Source of the DNA: Bacteroidota bacterium
GTDB lineage: Bacteria; Bacteroidota; Ignavibacteria; UBA10030; UBA8401
Reading direction: 5' to 3'
Assembly (NCBI GenBank): GCA_030824295.1
Contig: JAVBYA010000508.1
Coordinates: forward strand, 1-40,222
DNA: 40,222 bases
How positions within the stretch are numbered: position 1 is the stretch's first letter; each line of letters starts with the position of its first letter. The position numbers and the translations under genes are program-made. A model generated the notes under the pieces. That model did not search any database, had not been told where the DNA came from, and saw only the letters and a program-made list of their open reading frames with translations. This document shows positions 33,467 through 40,222 of the stretch, one piece after another.

Positions 33467-33537
33467 TGTCGTGTCGTCCAATGGCAGGACAGCGCCCTTT
33501 GGAGGCGTTAATCTAGGTTCGAATCCTGGCACGACAG
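33467..33537 (+). tRNA. tRNA-Gln (anticodon TTG) embedded between rplR and rpsE
   Basis: Manual cloverleaf, 71 nt. Acceptor TGTCGTG/CACGACA (U1-A72). U8. D arm GTCC-AATGGCA-GGAC. Anticodon arm GCGCC-CTTTGGA-GGCGT. 4-nt variable loop. T arm CTAGG-TTCGAAT-CCTGG. Discriminator G. No encoded CCA. Confidence 0.85.
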
Positions 33538-33576
33538 CAACCAAATTACGAACAACACTTACTGTGAGGAAACACC

Positions 33577-34080
33577 TTGGCTCGAATTAAAACAAGTGAT
33601 CTCGACCTGAAAGACAAGCTGGTCCACATCAACCGCGTAGCAAAAGTGGTGAAGGGTGGTCGCCGGTTCAGTTTCAATGCGATCGTTGTGGTAGGCGACG
33701 GCAACGGCTACGTCGGGATCGGTCTCGGAAAAGCGAACGAAGTTGCGGATGCGATCTCGAAAGGGACCGATGATGCAAAGAAGAATGTAGTGAAGGTGCC
33801 GTTGATCAATGGAACCGTTCCTCACGATGCACTCGGCAAGTTCGGTGCGGGGAAAGTACTCCTTCGCCCTGCGGCACCCGGAACCGGTCTGATCGCCGGC
33901 GGCGGAGTGCGTGCGGTGCTGGAGATGGCGGGAGTGAAGGACATTCTCACCAAACAAATGGGCTCAGCGAATCCGCACAACGTGGTGAAAGCCACATTGC
34001 GCGCGCTGCTCTCGATGCGCGATGCACGGATGATCGCAGCTGAACGCGGAATTTCCGTCCAGGAACTTTTTCAAAACTAA
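33577..34080 (+). CDS. rpsE: 30S ribosomal protein S5
   Basis: TTG start after [47 protein letters not shown]. Confidence 0.96.
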   Translation: MARIKTSDLDLKDKLVHINRVAKVVKGGRRFSFNAIVVVGDGNGYVGIGLGKANEVADAISKGTDDAKKNVVKVPLINGTVPHDALGKFGAGKVLLRPAAPGTGLIAGGGVRAVLEMAGVKDILTKQMGSANPHNVVKATLRALLSMRDARMIAAERGISVQELFQN

Positions 34081-34097
34081 TCGAAGTGTGAGAGACA

Positions 34098-34292
34098 ATG
34101 GCAGCGCCCAAAAAAATTAAGATCACACAGAAGGTCAGCATCATTGATACACTGGCGAAACACAAAGCCACGATCAAAGCGCTTGGCCTTGGCCGTCCGA
34201 ACTATTCGGTCGTCCATACAGAAACACCGCAGATCCTCGGCATGATCAATAAGGTCCGTCACTTGGTGACGGTCGAGGAAGTGAAACAGTAA
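34098..34292 (+). CDS. rpmD: 50S ribosomal protein L30
   Basis: 64 aa. KIKITQKVSIIDTLAKHKATIKALGLGRPNYSVVHTETPQILGMINKVRHLV. Confidence 0.95.
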   Translation: MAAPKKIKITQKVSIIDTLAKHKATIKALGLGRPNYSVVHTETPQILGMINKVRHLVTVEEVKQ

Positions 34293-34306
34293 CGATTACT
34301 TGAAGA

Positions 34307-34326
34307 TGTCCGCCGGTCGGCGGACA
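34307..34326 (+). promoter_or_regulatory. perfect 8-bp GC hairpin in the unusually long rpmD-rplO spacer (TGTCCGCC-GGTC-GGCGGACA)
   Basis: Read directly. Followed by tandem CTCCGG CTCCGG. No U-tract. Confidence 0.45.
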
Positions 34327-34371
34327 GGCGAGCTCCGGCTCCGGGGCGTTAGTACTTCACAGGAGACAGTA

Positions 34372-34854
34372 ATGGCAAATATTCTCAGCAATTTAACATA
34401 CGCAAAAGGTTCACGCAAGAAAAAGAAGCGCATCGGCCGCGGCCAGGGTTCGGGTCACGGCGGAACATCCACGCGCGGACATAAAGGACAGGGATCCCGT
34501 TCGGGTTCCGGCCTGAAGAGGAATTTTGAAGGCGGTCAGATGCCGCTGGTGCGCCGCTTACCGAAGTTCGGTTTCACTCCCCGCAACCGTGTGGAGTTCG
34601 CCGTTATCAACGTGGAACTGCTCCAGAAATTCATCGACGACAAGCGCATCACAGACAACATCATCACTCCGGAGATCCTTCTTGCTATCGGTGCGGTTTC
34701 CGATAAGCGTGCTCCGGTAAAAGTGCTGGGGAACGGTGAGTTGAAGGCAAAATTGACAGTGTCGGCACACAAGTTCAGCAAATCTGCCGTTGAGAAGATC
34801 ACCGCCGCCGGCGGTACCGCGACGGAGATCCCTAACGCAAAAGCTGCAGAGTAA
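34372..34854 (+). CDS. rplO: 50S ribosomal protein L15
   Basis: ORF 34300..34854. ATG 34372 follows AGGAGA and gives MANILSNLTYAKGSRKKKKRIGRGQGSGHGGTSTRGHKGQGSRSG. Confidence 0.95.
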   Translation: MANILSNLTYAKGSRKKKKRIGRGQGSGHGGTSTRGHKGQGSRSGSGLKRNFEGGQMPLVRRLPKFGFTPRNRVEFAVINVELLQKFIDDKRITDNIITPEILLAIGAVSDKRAPVKVLGNGELKAKLTVSAHKFSKSAVEKITAAGGTATEIPNAKAAE

Positions 34855-34873
34855 TCTAATCTGACGATCATCA

Positions 34874-36214
34874 ATGAGCAAATTCACTGAAAGTTTTAGG
34901 AACATCTTCAAGATCGAGGAACTGCGTACGCGGCTGCTGTTCACCGCAGGCCTGCTGATCGTTGTCCGCATCGGTTCCCACGTCACACTCCCCGGAGTGG
35001 ACGCCGGTGTGCTTGCCGATGCGATGCGCAATCAGGCGGACAATACACTCTTCGGTCTGTACGATCTGTTCGTCGGCGGAGCGTTCAGCAACGCTGCTAT
35101 CTTCGCGCTGGGCATCATGCCGTACATCAGCGCTTCTATCATCATCCAGCTTCTTGGCGCTGTGGTCCCGTTCTTTCAGAAACTTCAGAAGGAAGGTGAG
35201 ACCGGACGGAAGAAGATCAATCAATATACCCGTCTTGGAACTGTTGTGTTGGCATTGCTTCAGGCGTGGGGAGTGAGTGTTCGGCTGGAAAGTTTGAACG
35301 CGAACGGTATTCCGATCGTCCCGGTCGAAGTGCAGGGATTCTTCTTCGCTGTCAGCACGATGATCTTTTTGACGGCTGGCACCATGTTCATGATGTGGCT
35401 CGGTGAGCAGATCACGGAACGGGGTCTCGGCAATGGTATCTCGTTGATCATCTTCATCGGCATCATTGCACGCTTCCCGCATGCAGTGCTTGATGAGTTC
35501 CAGCTTGTGCTGTCGGGCGCGCGTCCGGTCATCATCGAATTGATCATCTGGGGTGCGATGCTCCTCATCGTTGCCGGTGTCATCATGGTCACGCAGGGTA
35601 CACGCCGCATTCCTGTGCAGTATGCAAAACGTCTCGTGGGTCGCAAGGTGTACGGCGGCGTCACACAGTATATCCCGATGCGCGTCAATACTGCAGGCGT
35701 CATGCCGATCATCTTCGCACAGTCGCTCATGTTCATTCCGAGCACGATCCTGACATTCTTCCCGGAGAGCGATTTCGTTGGTTCGATCGCCGGATATTTC
35801 CAGTATACGTCCTTCACCTATTCGTTCATTTACGGTTTGATGATCGTGTTCTTCACATACTTCTACACGGCGATCGCGTTCAATCCGACTGACGTAGCTG
35901 ATAACATGCAGAAGAACGGCGGATTCATTCCCGGCATCCGTCCGGGCAAGCATACGTCGGATTTCATCGATAATATCCTGACGAAGATCACCCTGCCCGG
36001 GTCCATTTTCCTGGCGATCATTGCGATCCTGCCGGCGTTCATGGTGAATTTCGGGATCACGTCCAGTTTTGCATCGTTCTTCGGCGGCACCAGTCTGCTC
36101 ATCTCTGTGGGTGTTGCGTTGGATACGCTCCAGCAGGTCGAATCGCATCTGATGATGCGGCATTATGACGGATTCATGAAGAGCGGCAAGATCAAAGGCC
36201 GTATCGGACGGTAA
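34874..36214 (+). CDS. secY: preprotein translocase subunit SecY
   Basis: 446 aa polytopic protein. LFTAGLLIVVRIGSHVTLPGVD and FALGIMPYISASIIIQLL. Confidence 0.97.
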   Translation: MSKFTESFRNIFKIEELRTRLLFTAGLLIVVRIGSHVTLPGVDAGVLADAMRNQADNTLFGLYDLFVGGAFSNAAIFALGIMPYISASIIIQLLGAVVPFFQKLQKEGETGRKKINQYTRLGTVVLALLQAWGVSVRLESLNANGIPIVPVEVQGFFFAVSTMIFLTAGTMFMMWLGEQITERGLGNGISLIIFIGIIARFPHAVLDEFQLVLSGARPVIIELIIWGAMLLIVAGVIMVTQGTRRIPVQYAKRLVGRKVYGGVTQYIPMRVNTAGVMPIIFAQSLMFIPSTILTFFPESDFVGSIAGYFQYTSFTYSFIYGLMIVFFTYFYTAIAFNPTDVADNMQKNGGFIPGIRPGKHTSDFIDNILTKITLPGSIFLAIIAILPAFMVNFGITSSFASFFGGTSLLISVGVALDTLQQVESHLMMRHYDGFMKSGKIKGRIGR

Positions 36215-36981
36215 TGGCGATCCATGTGAAATCTCCGGCGGAGATCGAATTGATGCGGGAGAGCAGCCGGATCGTGGGTGATGTGATCAAGTTGGTCGGG
36301 CAGCAGGTGAGACCGGGAGTATCAACAGCGGAGTTGGATGCAATGGCGGAGGATTATATCCGCAGCTGCGGTGCGGAGCCGGCGTTCAAAGGTTATGGTC
36401 ACGATCCGAAGAATCTTTTTCCTGCAACACTGTGTATCTCTATCGACAGCGAAGTGGTGCACGGGATCCCCGGCAAGCGGATCCTGAAAGAAGGAGAGAT
36501 CGTTTCGATCGATGTGGGAGCGAAGAAGAACGGGTTCTACGGTGACGGCGCCTACACGTTCGCGGTCGGTACCGTGACCGAAGAGAAACAGCGGCTGATG
36601 AACGTGACAAAAGAATCTCTCGAGCGGGCAGTACTGCAGGCCGTGGATGGTAATAGAACAGGGGATATTGCACATGCGGTGCAGTCGTTCGTAGAAGCGG
36701 AAGGGTTCTCGGTGGTGCGCGATCTGGTGGGACATGCGGTCGGCCGACAGCTGCACGAAGAGCCGAATGTTCCCAACTTCGGCAAACCCGGAAAAGGGAC
36801 CCTGCTGAAAGAGGGAATGACCCTGGCGATCGAGCCGATGGTGAATGCGGGAACGTACCATGTGCTGACGGCGGCGGATCGATGGACGATCCTGACGCGG
36901 GATGGAAGACCTTCGGCACATTACGAGTACACAGTGGTGGTGCGCAAGGGTTCAGCGGAAGTGTTGACAAACTATCATTAA
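36214..36981 (+). CDS. map: type I methionine aminopeptidase
   Basis: TAATG overlap with secY. Contains [36 protein letters not shown] and LAIEPM. Confidence 0.95.
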   Translation: MAIHVKSPAEIELMRESSRIVGDVIKLVGQQVRPGVSTAELDAMAEDYIRSCGAEPAFKGYGHDPKNLFPATLCISIDSEVVHGIPGKRILKEGEIVSIDVGAKKNGFYGDGAYTFAVGTVTEEKQRLMNVTKESLERAVLQAVDGNRTGDIAHAVQSFVEAEGFSVVRDLVGHAVGRQLHEEPNVPNFGKPGKGTLLKEGMTLAIEPMVNAGTYHVLTAADRWTILTRDGRPSAHYEYTVVVRKGSAEVLTNYH

Positions 36982-37199
36982 TGGCAAAACAAGACGCGAT
37001 AAAAATTGACGGAGTGATCTCCGATACATTGCCGAACGCTTCATTCCGCGTGAAATTGGACAATGGTCATGAGATCCTGGCACACATCTCCGGCAAGATG
37101 AGAATGCACTATATCAAGATCCTGGTCGGTGACAAGGTGACGGTGGAACTCTCGCCGTATGACCTGACAAAGGGCAGGATCACCTATCGCTACAAATAA
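36981..37199 (+). CDS. infA: translation initiation factor IF-1
   Basis: TAATG overlap with map. [72 protein letters not shown]. Confidence 0.97.
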   Translation: MAKQDAIKIDGVISDTLPNASFRVKLDNGHEILAHISGKMRMHYIKILVGDKVTVELSPYDLTKGRITYRYK

Positions 37200-37217
37200 G
37201 GGTTAAAAGGGAAGACA

Positions 37218-37334
37218 ATGAAAGTTCGCGCATCGGTCAAGAAGATCTGTGAGAATTGCAAGATCATCCGCCGCAAGGGCAAAGTGATGGTGATCTGCAA
37301 GAAGAATCCAAAACACAAGCAACGTCAAGGTTAA
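37218..37334 (+). CDS. rpmJ: 50S ribosomal protein L36 (38 aa, zinc-binding CxxC...C...H form)
   Basis: Not in the ORF track. Manual translation: [38 protein letters not shown]. Confidence 0.93.
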   Translation: MKVRASVKKICENCKIIRRKGKVMVICKKNPKHKQRQG

Positions 37335-37352
37335 TCATTAGGAGATTATTCA

Positions 37353-37736
37353 GTGGCTCGTATCGCTGGCGTCGATTTACCCAAAAATAAACGTTCCGTC
37401 ATTGGACTGACCTACATCTTCGGCATTGGTGATGCCATTGCCAAGGAGATCCTTGACAAAGCAGGTGTGGACGTGAACAAGAAGATCGGCTCGTTGACCG
37501 ACGAAGAGATCAACAAGATCCGTACGATCATCCAGACCGATTACAAGACCGAAGGTGCGCTCCGTGCCGAGAACCAGATGAACATCAAACGTTTGATGGA
37601 CATCGGTTCCTTCCGCGGCCTGCGTCATCGTAAAGGTCTGCCGGTCCGCGGACAGCGCACCCGCACGAATTCCCGTACTCGTAAGGGCAAACGTAAGACA
37701 GTGGCAGGAAAGAAAAAAGCAATCGCTAAGAAGTAA
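37353..37736 (+). CDS. rpsM: 30S ribosomal protein S13
   Basis: GTG start after [32 protein letters not shown]. Confidence 0.97.
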   Translation: MARIAGVDLPKNKRSVIGLTYIFGIGDAIAKEILDKAGVDVNKKIGSLTDEEINKIRTIIQTDYKTEGALRAENQMNIKRLMDIGSFRGLRHRKGLPVRGQRTRTNSRTRKGKRKTVAGKKKAIAKK

Positions 37737-37763
37737 TTCGATCTTTGATCTGAAAGGAATATC

Positions 37764-38168
37764 GTGGCCAAACAGCAATCAGCGCCGACCGTGTCGGCCA
37801 AGAAGAAGAAGAAAATCCACGTTGACGTCAACGGCAAGGTGTATGTGAAGGCGACGTTCAACAACGTCATCGTCACCATCACTGACACCTACGGCAACAC
37901 CATCGCATGGTCCTCTGCAGGCAAGAACGCCTTCAAAGGCTCGCGCAAGAACACGCCGTTCGCCGCGCAGGTCTCGGCAGAATCCGCTGCGAAGGAAGCC
38001 TATGATCTTGGGCTCCGCAAAGTGGAGGTCTTCGTGAAAGGTCCCGGTTCGGGACGCGAAGCAGCCATCCGTGCGCTGCAGTCCGCAGGCCTTGAAGTGA
38101 CGATCATTCGGGATATGACCCCGATTCCGCACAACGGCTGCCGTCCGCCGAAACGCCGCAGAGTGTAA
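37764..38168 (+). CDS. rpsK: 30S ribosomal protein S11
   Basis: GTG start. [41 protein letters not shown]. Confidence 0.97.
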   Translation: MAKQQSAPTVSAKKKKKIHVDVNGKVYVKATFNNVIVTITDTYGNTIAWSSAGKNAFKGSRKNTPFAAQVSAESAAKEAYDLGLRKVEVFVKGPGSGREAAIRALQSAGLEVTIIRDMTPIPHNGCRPPKRRRV

Positions 38169-38199
38169 TCCATCTTAAAACAGAGGAAGTCAAAATAGA

Positions 38200-38811
38200 A
38201 TGGCACGTAATACCGGTTCCGTCGTAAAACAATCCCGTAAGCTGGGGATCGCTCTCAGCACCAAAGCGAACAAGTACATGGAACGCCGTCCGTATGGCCC
38301 AGGCCAGCACGGAAAAGGCAAGCGCATGAAGGTCTCCGAATATGCGCTCCAGCTGAAGGAAAAGCAGAAGATGAAGTACATCTACGGTGTACTGGAACGT
38401 CAGTTCAGGACCTACTTCGAGAAGGCGACCCGCATGAAAGGCAAGACGGGTGATAATCTGGTGAAGCTGCTCGAACTCCGCCTGGATAACGTCATCTACC
38501 GCATGGGATTTGCGCCGACACGCCGCAGTGCTCGCCAGCTGGTGACCCACGGACATTTCCAGATCAACAAGGCAAAGGTGAACATCCCTTCCTATCAGTT
38601 GAAGACCGGTGATGTCATCACGGTGCGCGAGAAGAGCCGTCAGCTTGACATCATCCACAATGCCATGAAACGCGTGAAAGATGCCTCTGTGTATACCTGG
38701 GTGAGCCTGGACAAAGCGGCGATGGCAGGAACGTTCGTTCGTGTGCCGGAACGCGAAGAGATCCCGATGCTGGCCAACGAGCAGCTCGTCGTCGAGTTGT
38801 ACTCGAAGTAA
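38200..38811 (+). CDS. rpsD: 30S ribosomal protein S4
   Basis: 203 aa. YGPGQHGKGKRMKVSEYALQLKEKQKMKYIYGVLERQFR and RLDNVIYRMGFAPTRRSARQLVTHGHF. Confidence 0.97.
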   Translation: MARNTGSVVKQSRKLGIALSTKANKYMERRPYGPGQHGKGKRMKVSEYALQLKEKQKMKYIYGVLERQFRTYFEKATRMKGKTGDNLVKLLELRLDNVIYRMGFAPTRRSARQLVTHGHFQINKAKVNIPSYQLKTGDVITVREKSRQLDIIHNAMKRVKDASVYTWVSLDKAAMAGTFVRVPEREEIPMLANEQLVVELYSK

Positions 38812-38848
38812 TCCAAACGATTTTCCTATACTTGGTGAGAACCGAACT

Positions 38849-39835
38849 ATGAGCAATACACAATTTCAAATGCCGGATAACGTGGTGCTGGAGGATACCT
38901 CCGCCACCGACCGTTTCGGTCGCTTCATCGTTCAGCCGCTGGAAAAGGGATACGGGGTGACGATCGGTAATGCACTGCGCCGCGTGCTGCTCTCTTCGCT
39001 CCCAGGCTATGCGATCACAGCCATCCGCATCGAAGGGATCGTCCACGAGTTCACCGCACTGCCGGGGATCGTGGAGGATGTGACAGATATGATCCTGAAC
39101 CTGAAACAGGTCCGCCTGAAAGCCACCAACAAGAAGGTCGGCAAAGTAACGGTGCATCTGAAGGGACAGGGAAGATTCCTCGCTGGTGATATCCAGAAAG
39201 CCAGCCCGGAAGTGGAGATCCTCAATCCTGAACTGCATATTGCGACGCTGAACAAAGATGCAGATTTCGAGATGGAGTTCCGCATCGGTCGCGGTAAAGG
39301 ATATGTGACCGCTGAAGAGAACAAGATGCCCGATCAGCCGGTCGGTATGATCACCATCGATTCTATCTTTACCCCCATCGTCAACGTCCGCTACAACGTC
39401 GAGTCCACACGCGTTGGTCAGCAGACAGACTATGAGAAACTCGTGCTCGAGGTCGAGACCGACGGTTCCATCGCTCCGAAGGATGCGGTGGCGTATGCCG
39501 GAAAAGTGCTGCGCGACCATATCCAGTTCTTCATCAATTTCGATGCAACACAGGAGACGGAGAAAGAGGATAACGAACGTGACGAAGAGATCTCCCGCAT
39601 CCGCAAGATCCTGCTGACGCCGGTGGACGAACTGGAACTCTCGGTCCGTTCGCACAATTGCCTGCGCGCAGCGGACATCAAAACGCTCGGCGACCTCGTC
39701 CGCAAGGACGAAGCAGAGTTGCTGAAGTTCAGGAACTTCGGCCGCAAATCCCTTGCGGAACTCTCGGCCATCGTGGAAATTAACAATCTCACATTCGGCA
39801 TGGATGTCGATAAATATTTGAAAGACAGCGACTAA
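38849..39835 (+). CDS. rpoA: DNA-directed RNA polymerase alpha subunit
   Basis: ORF 38741..39835 would overlap rpsD. ATG 38849 gives [54 protein letters not shown]-terminal domain [21 protein letters not shown]. Confidence 0.96.
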   Translation: MSNTQFQMPDNVVLEDTSATDRFGRFIVQPLEKGYGVTIGNALRRVLLSSLPGYAITAIRIEGIVHEFTALPGIVEDVTDMILNLKQVRLKATNKKVGKVTVHLKGQGRFLAGDIQKASPEVEILNPELHIATLNKDADFEMEFRIGRGKGYVTAEENKMPDQPVGMITIDSIFTPIVNVRYNVESTRVGQQTDYEKLVLEVETDGSIAPKDAVAYAGKVLRDHIQFFINFDATQETEKEDNERDEEISRIRKILLTPVDELELSVRSHNCLRAADIKTLGDLVRKDEAELLKFRNFGRKSLAELSAIVEINNLTFGMDVDKYLKDSD

Positions 39836-39849
39836 AAGGAAGAGCAGAA

Positions 39850-40222
39850 ATGATACACGGACGATCGGGAAGAAAATTACAACGCACGGCAAGCCATCGC
39901 AAAGCTCTGTTGAATGCACTCTCAACGGAACTGCTTCGGCACAAACGCATCCAAACGACTCTGGCAAAAGCGAAAGAGACCAGGATGTTCGTGGAGAAAC
40001 TGATCACCCGCGCAAAGAACGCCGTTGCGAACGAGGTGGAAGGCGGACCGAAGAATATCCATGCGCGCCGTGAAGTCGCCCGCCACATCAACGACAAAGA
40101 AGTGGTCAAAATGCTCTTCGCTGAGATCGCTCCGAAAGTGGCAACGCGTCCGGGCGGATACACCCGTGTGATCAAATTGGGTCAGCGTCTCGGTGACGGC
40201 GCCCATGTGGCAATGATCGAAT
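39850..40222 (+). CDS. rplQ: 50S ribosomal protein L17 (3' end truncated by the window edge)
   Basis: Manual translation from ATG 39850: [56 protein letters not shown]...[17 protein letters not shown]. No stop before the end of the window. Confidence 0.93.
   Translation, partial: MIHGRSGRKLQRTASHRKALLNALSTELLRHKRIQTTLAKAKETRMFVEKLITRAKNAVANEVEGGPKNIHARREVARHINDKEVVKMLFAEIAPKVATRPGGYTRVIKLGQRLGDGAHVAMIE

Noticed and set aside
33467-33537. The embedded tRNA acting as an amber suppressor for the rpoB TAG
   Set aside because: Its anticodon reads TTG (Gln, decoding CAA/CAG), not CTA. A link would need a different tRNA elsewhere in the genome.
33350-33544. Minus-strand ORF 33350..33544 spanning the rplR 3' end and the spacer
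   Set aside because: It overlaps a canonical tRNA cloverleaf on the + strand and the rplR coding end. It has no support as a gene.
36212-36216. Absence of adk between secY and map
   Set aside because: As I recall, the missing adk at this position is common in several lineages, including Bacteroidota-like genomes. It is not evidence of a deletion or rearrangement.
24081-39967. Other long antisense ORFs over tuf (24081..24980), rplE-rpsN (31118..32038), secY (34871..36163) and rpsD-rpoA (38651..39967)
   Set aside because: Same reasoning. Each is fully nested opposite a conserved housekeeping gene and has no start context or motif.

Overview
The window is about 80% core information-processing genes. 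From about 8.6 kb to the right edge, everything lies on the + strand as one very long translation/transcription cluster. Its order is: tRNA-Thr/Tyr/Thr/Gly, rpmG, tRNA-Trp, secE, nusG, rplKAJL, rpoBC, rpsL-rpsG-fusA-tuf, the S10, spc and alpha operons, and rplQ, which is cut by the window end. RpoB, RpoC and L3 read like Bacteroidota/Ignavibacteria/Chlorobi-type (FCB group) proteins. That lineage call is made from memory of homologues, not from a search.

The left 8.5 kb is the only accessory-looking part. It holds two small hypothetical genes, then a co-directional module: ECF sigma factor, membrane anti-sigma factor with an extracytoplasmic HEAT-repeat domain, an exported DUF4097/toastrack-like protein with 11 TSGGDI repeats, a CBM9-like/DUF5916-like outer-membrane protein, and a DUF2723 (GT-C-like) membrane protein.

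I see no CRISPR array, transposase, integrase, phage gene or recognisable defence system. Three things deserve a second look:
1. An in-frame TAG sits inside the essential rpoB gene at a conserved Tyr position.
2. A canonical tRNA-Gln(UUG) is embedded in the spc operon between rplR and rpsE, preceded by a partial tandem copy of its own 5' end.
3. The ECF/HEAT-anti-sigma/toastrack/CBM9-barrel/DUF2723 envelope module is uncharacterised.

Several perfect GC-rich intercistronic hairpins without U-tracts and a consensus promoter upstream of rpsL are also noted. All coordinates come from manual reading plus the ORF track. Family assignments are by motif recognition only and need HMM/BLAST confirmation.
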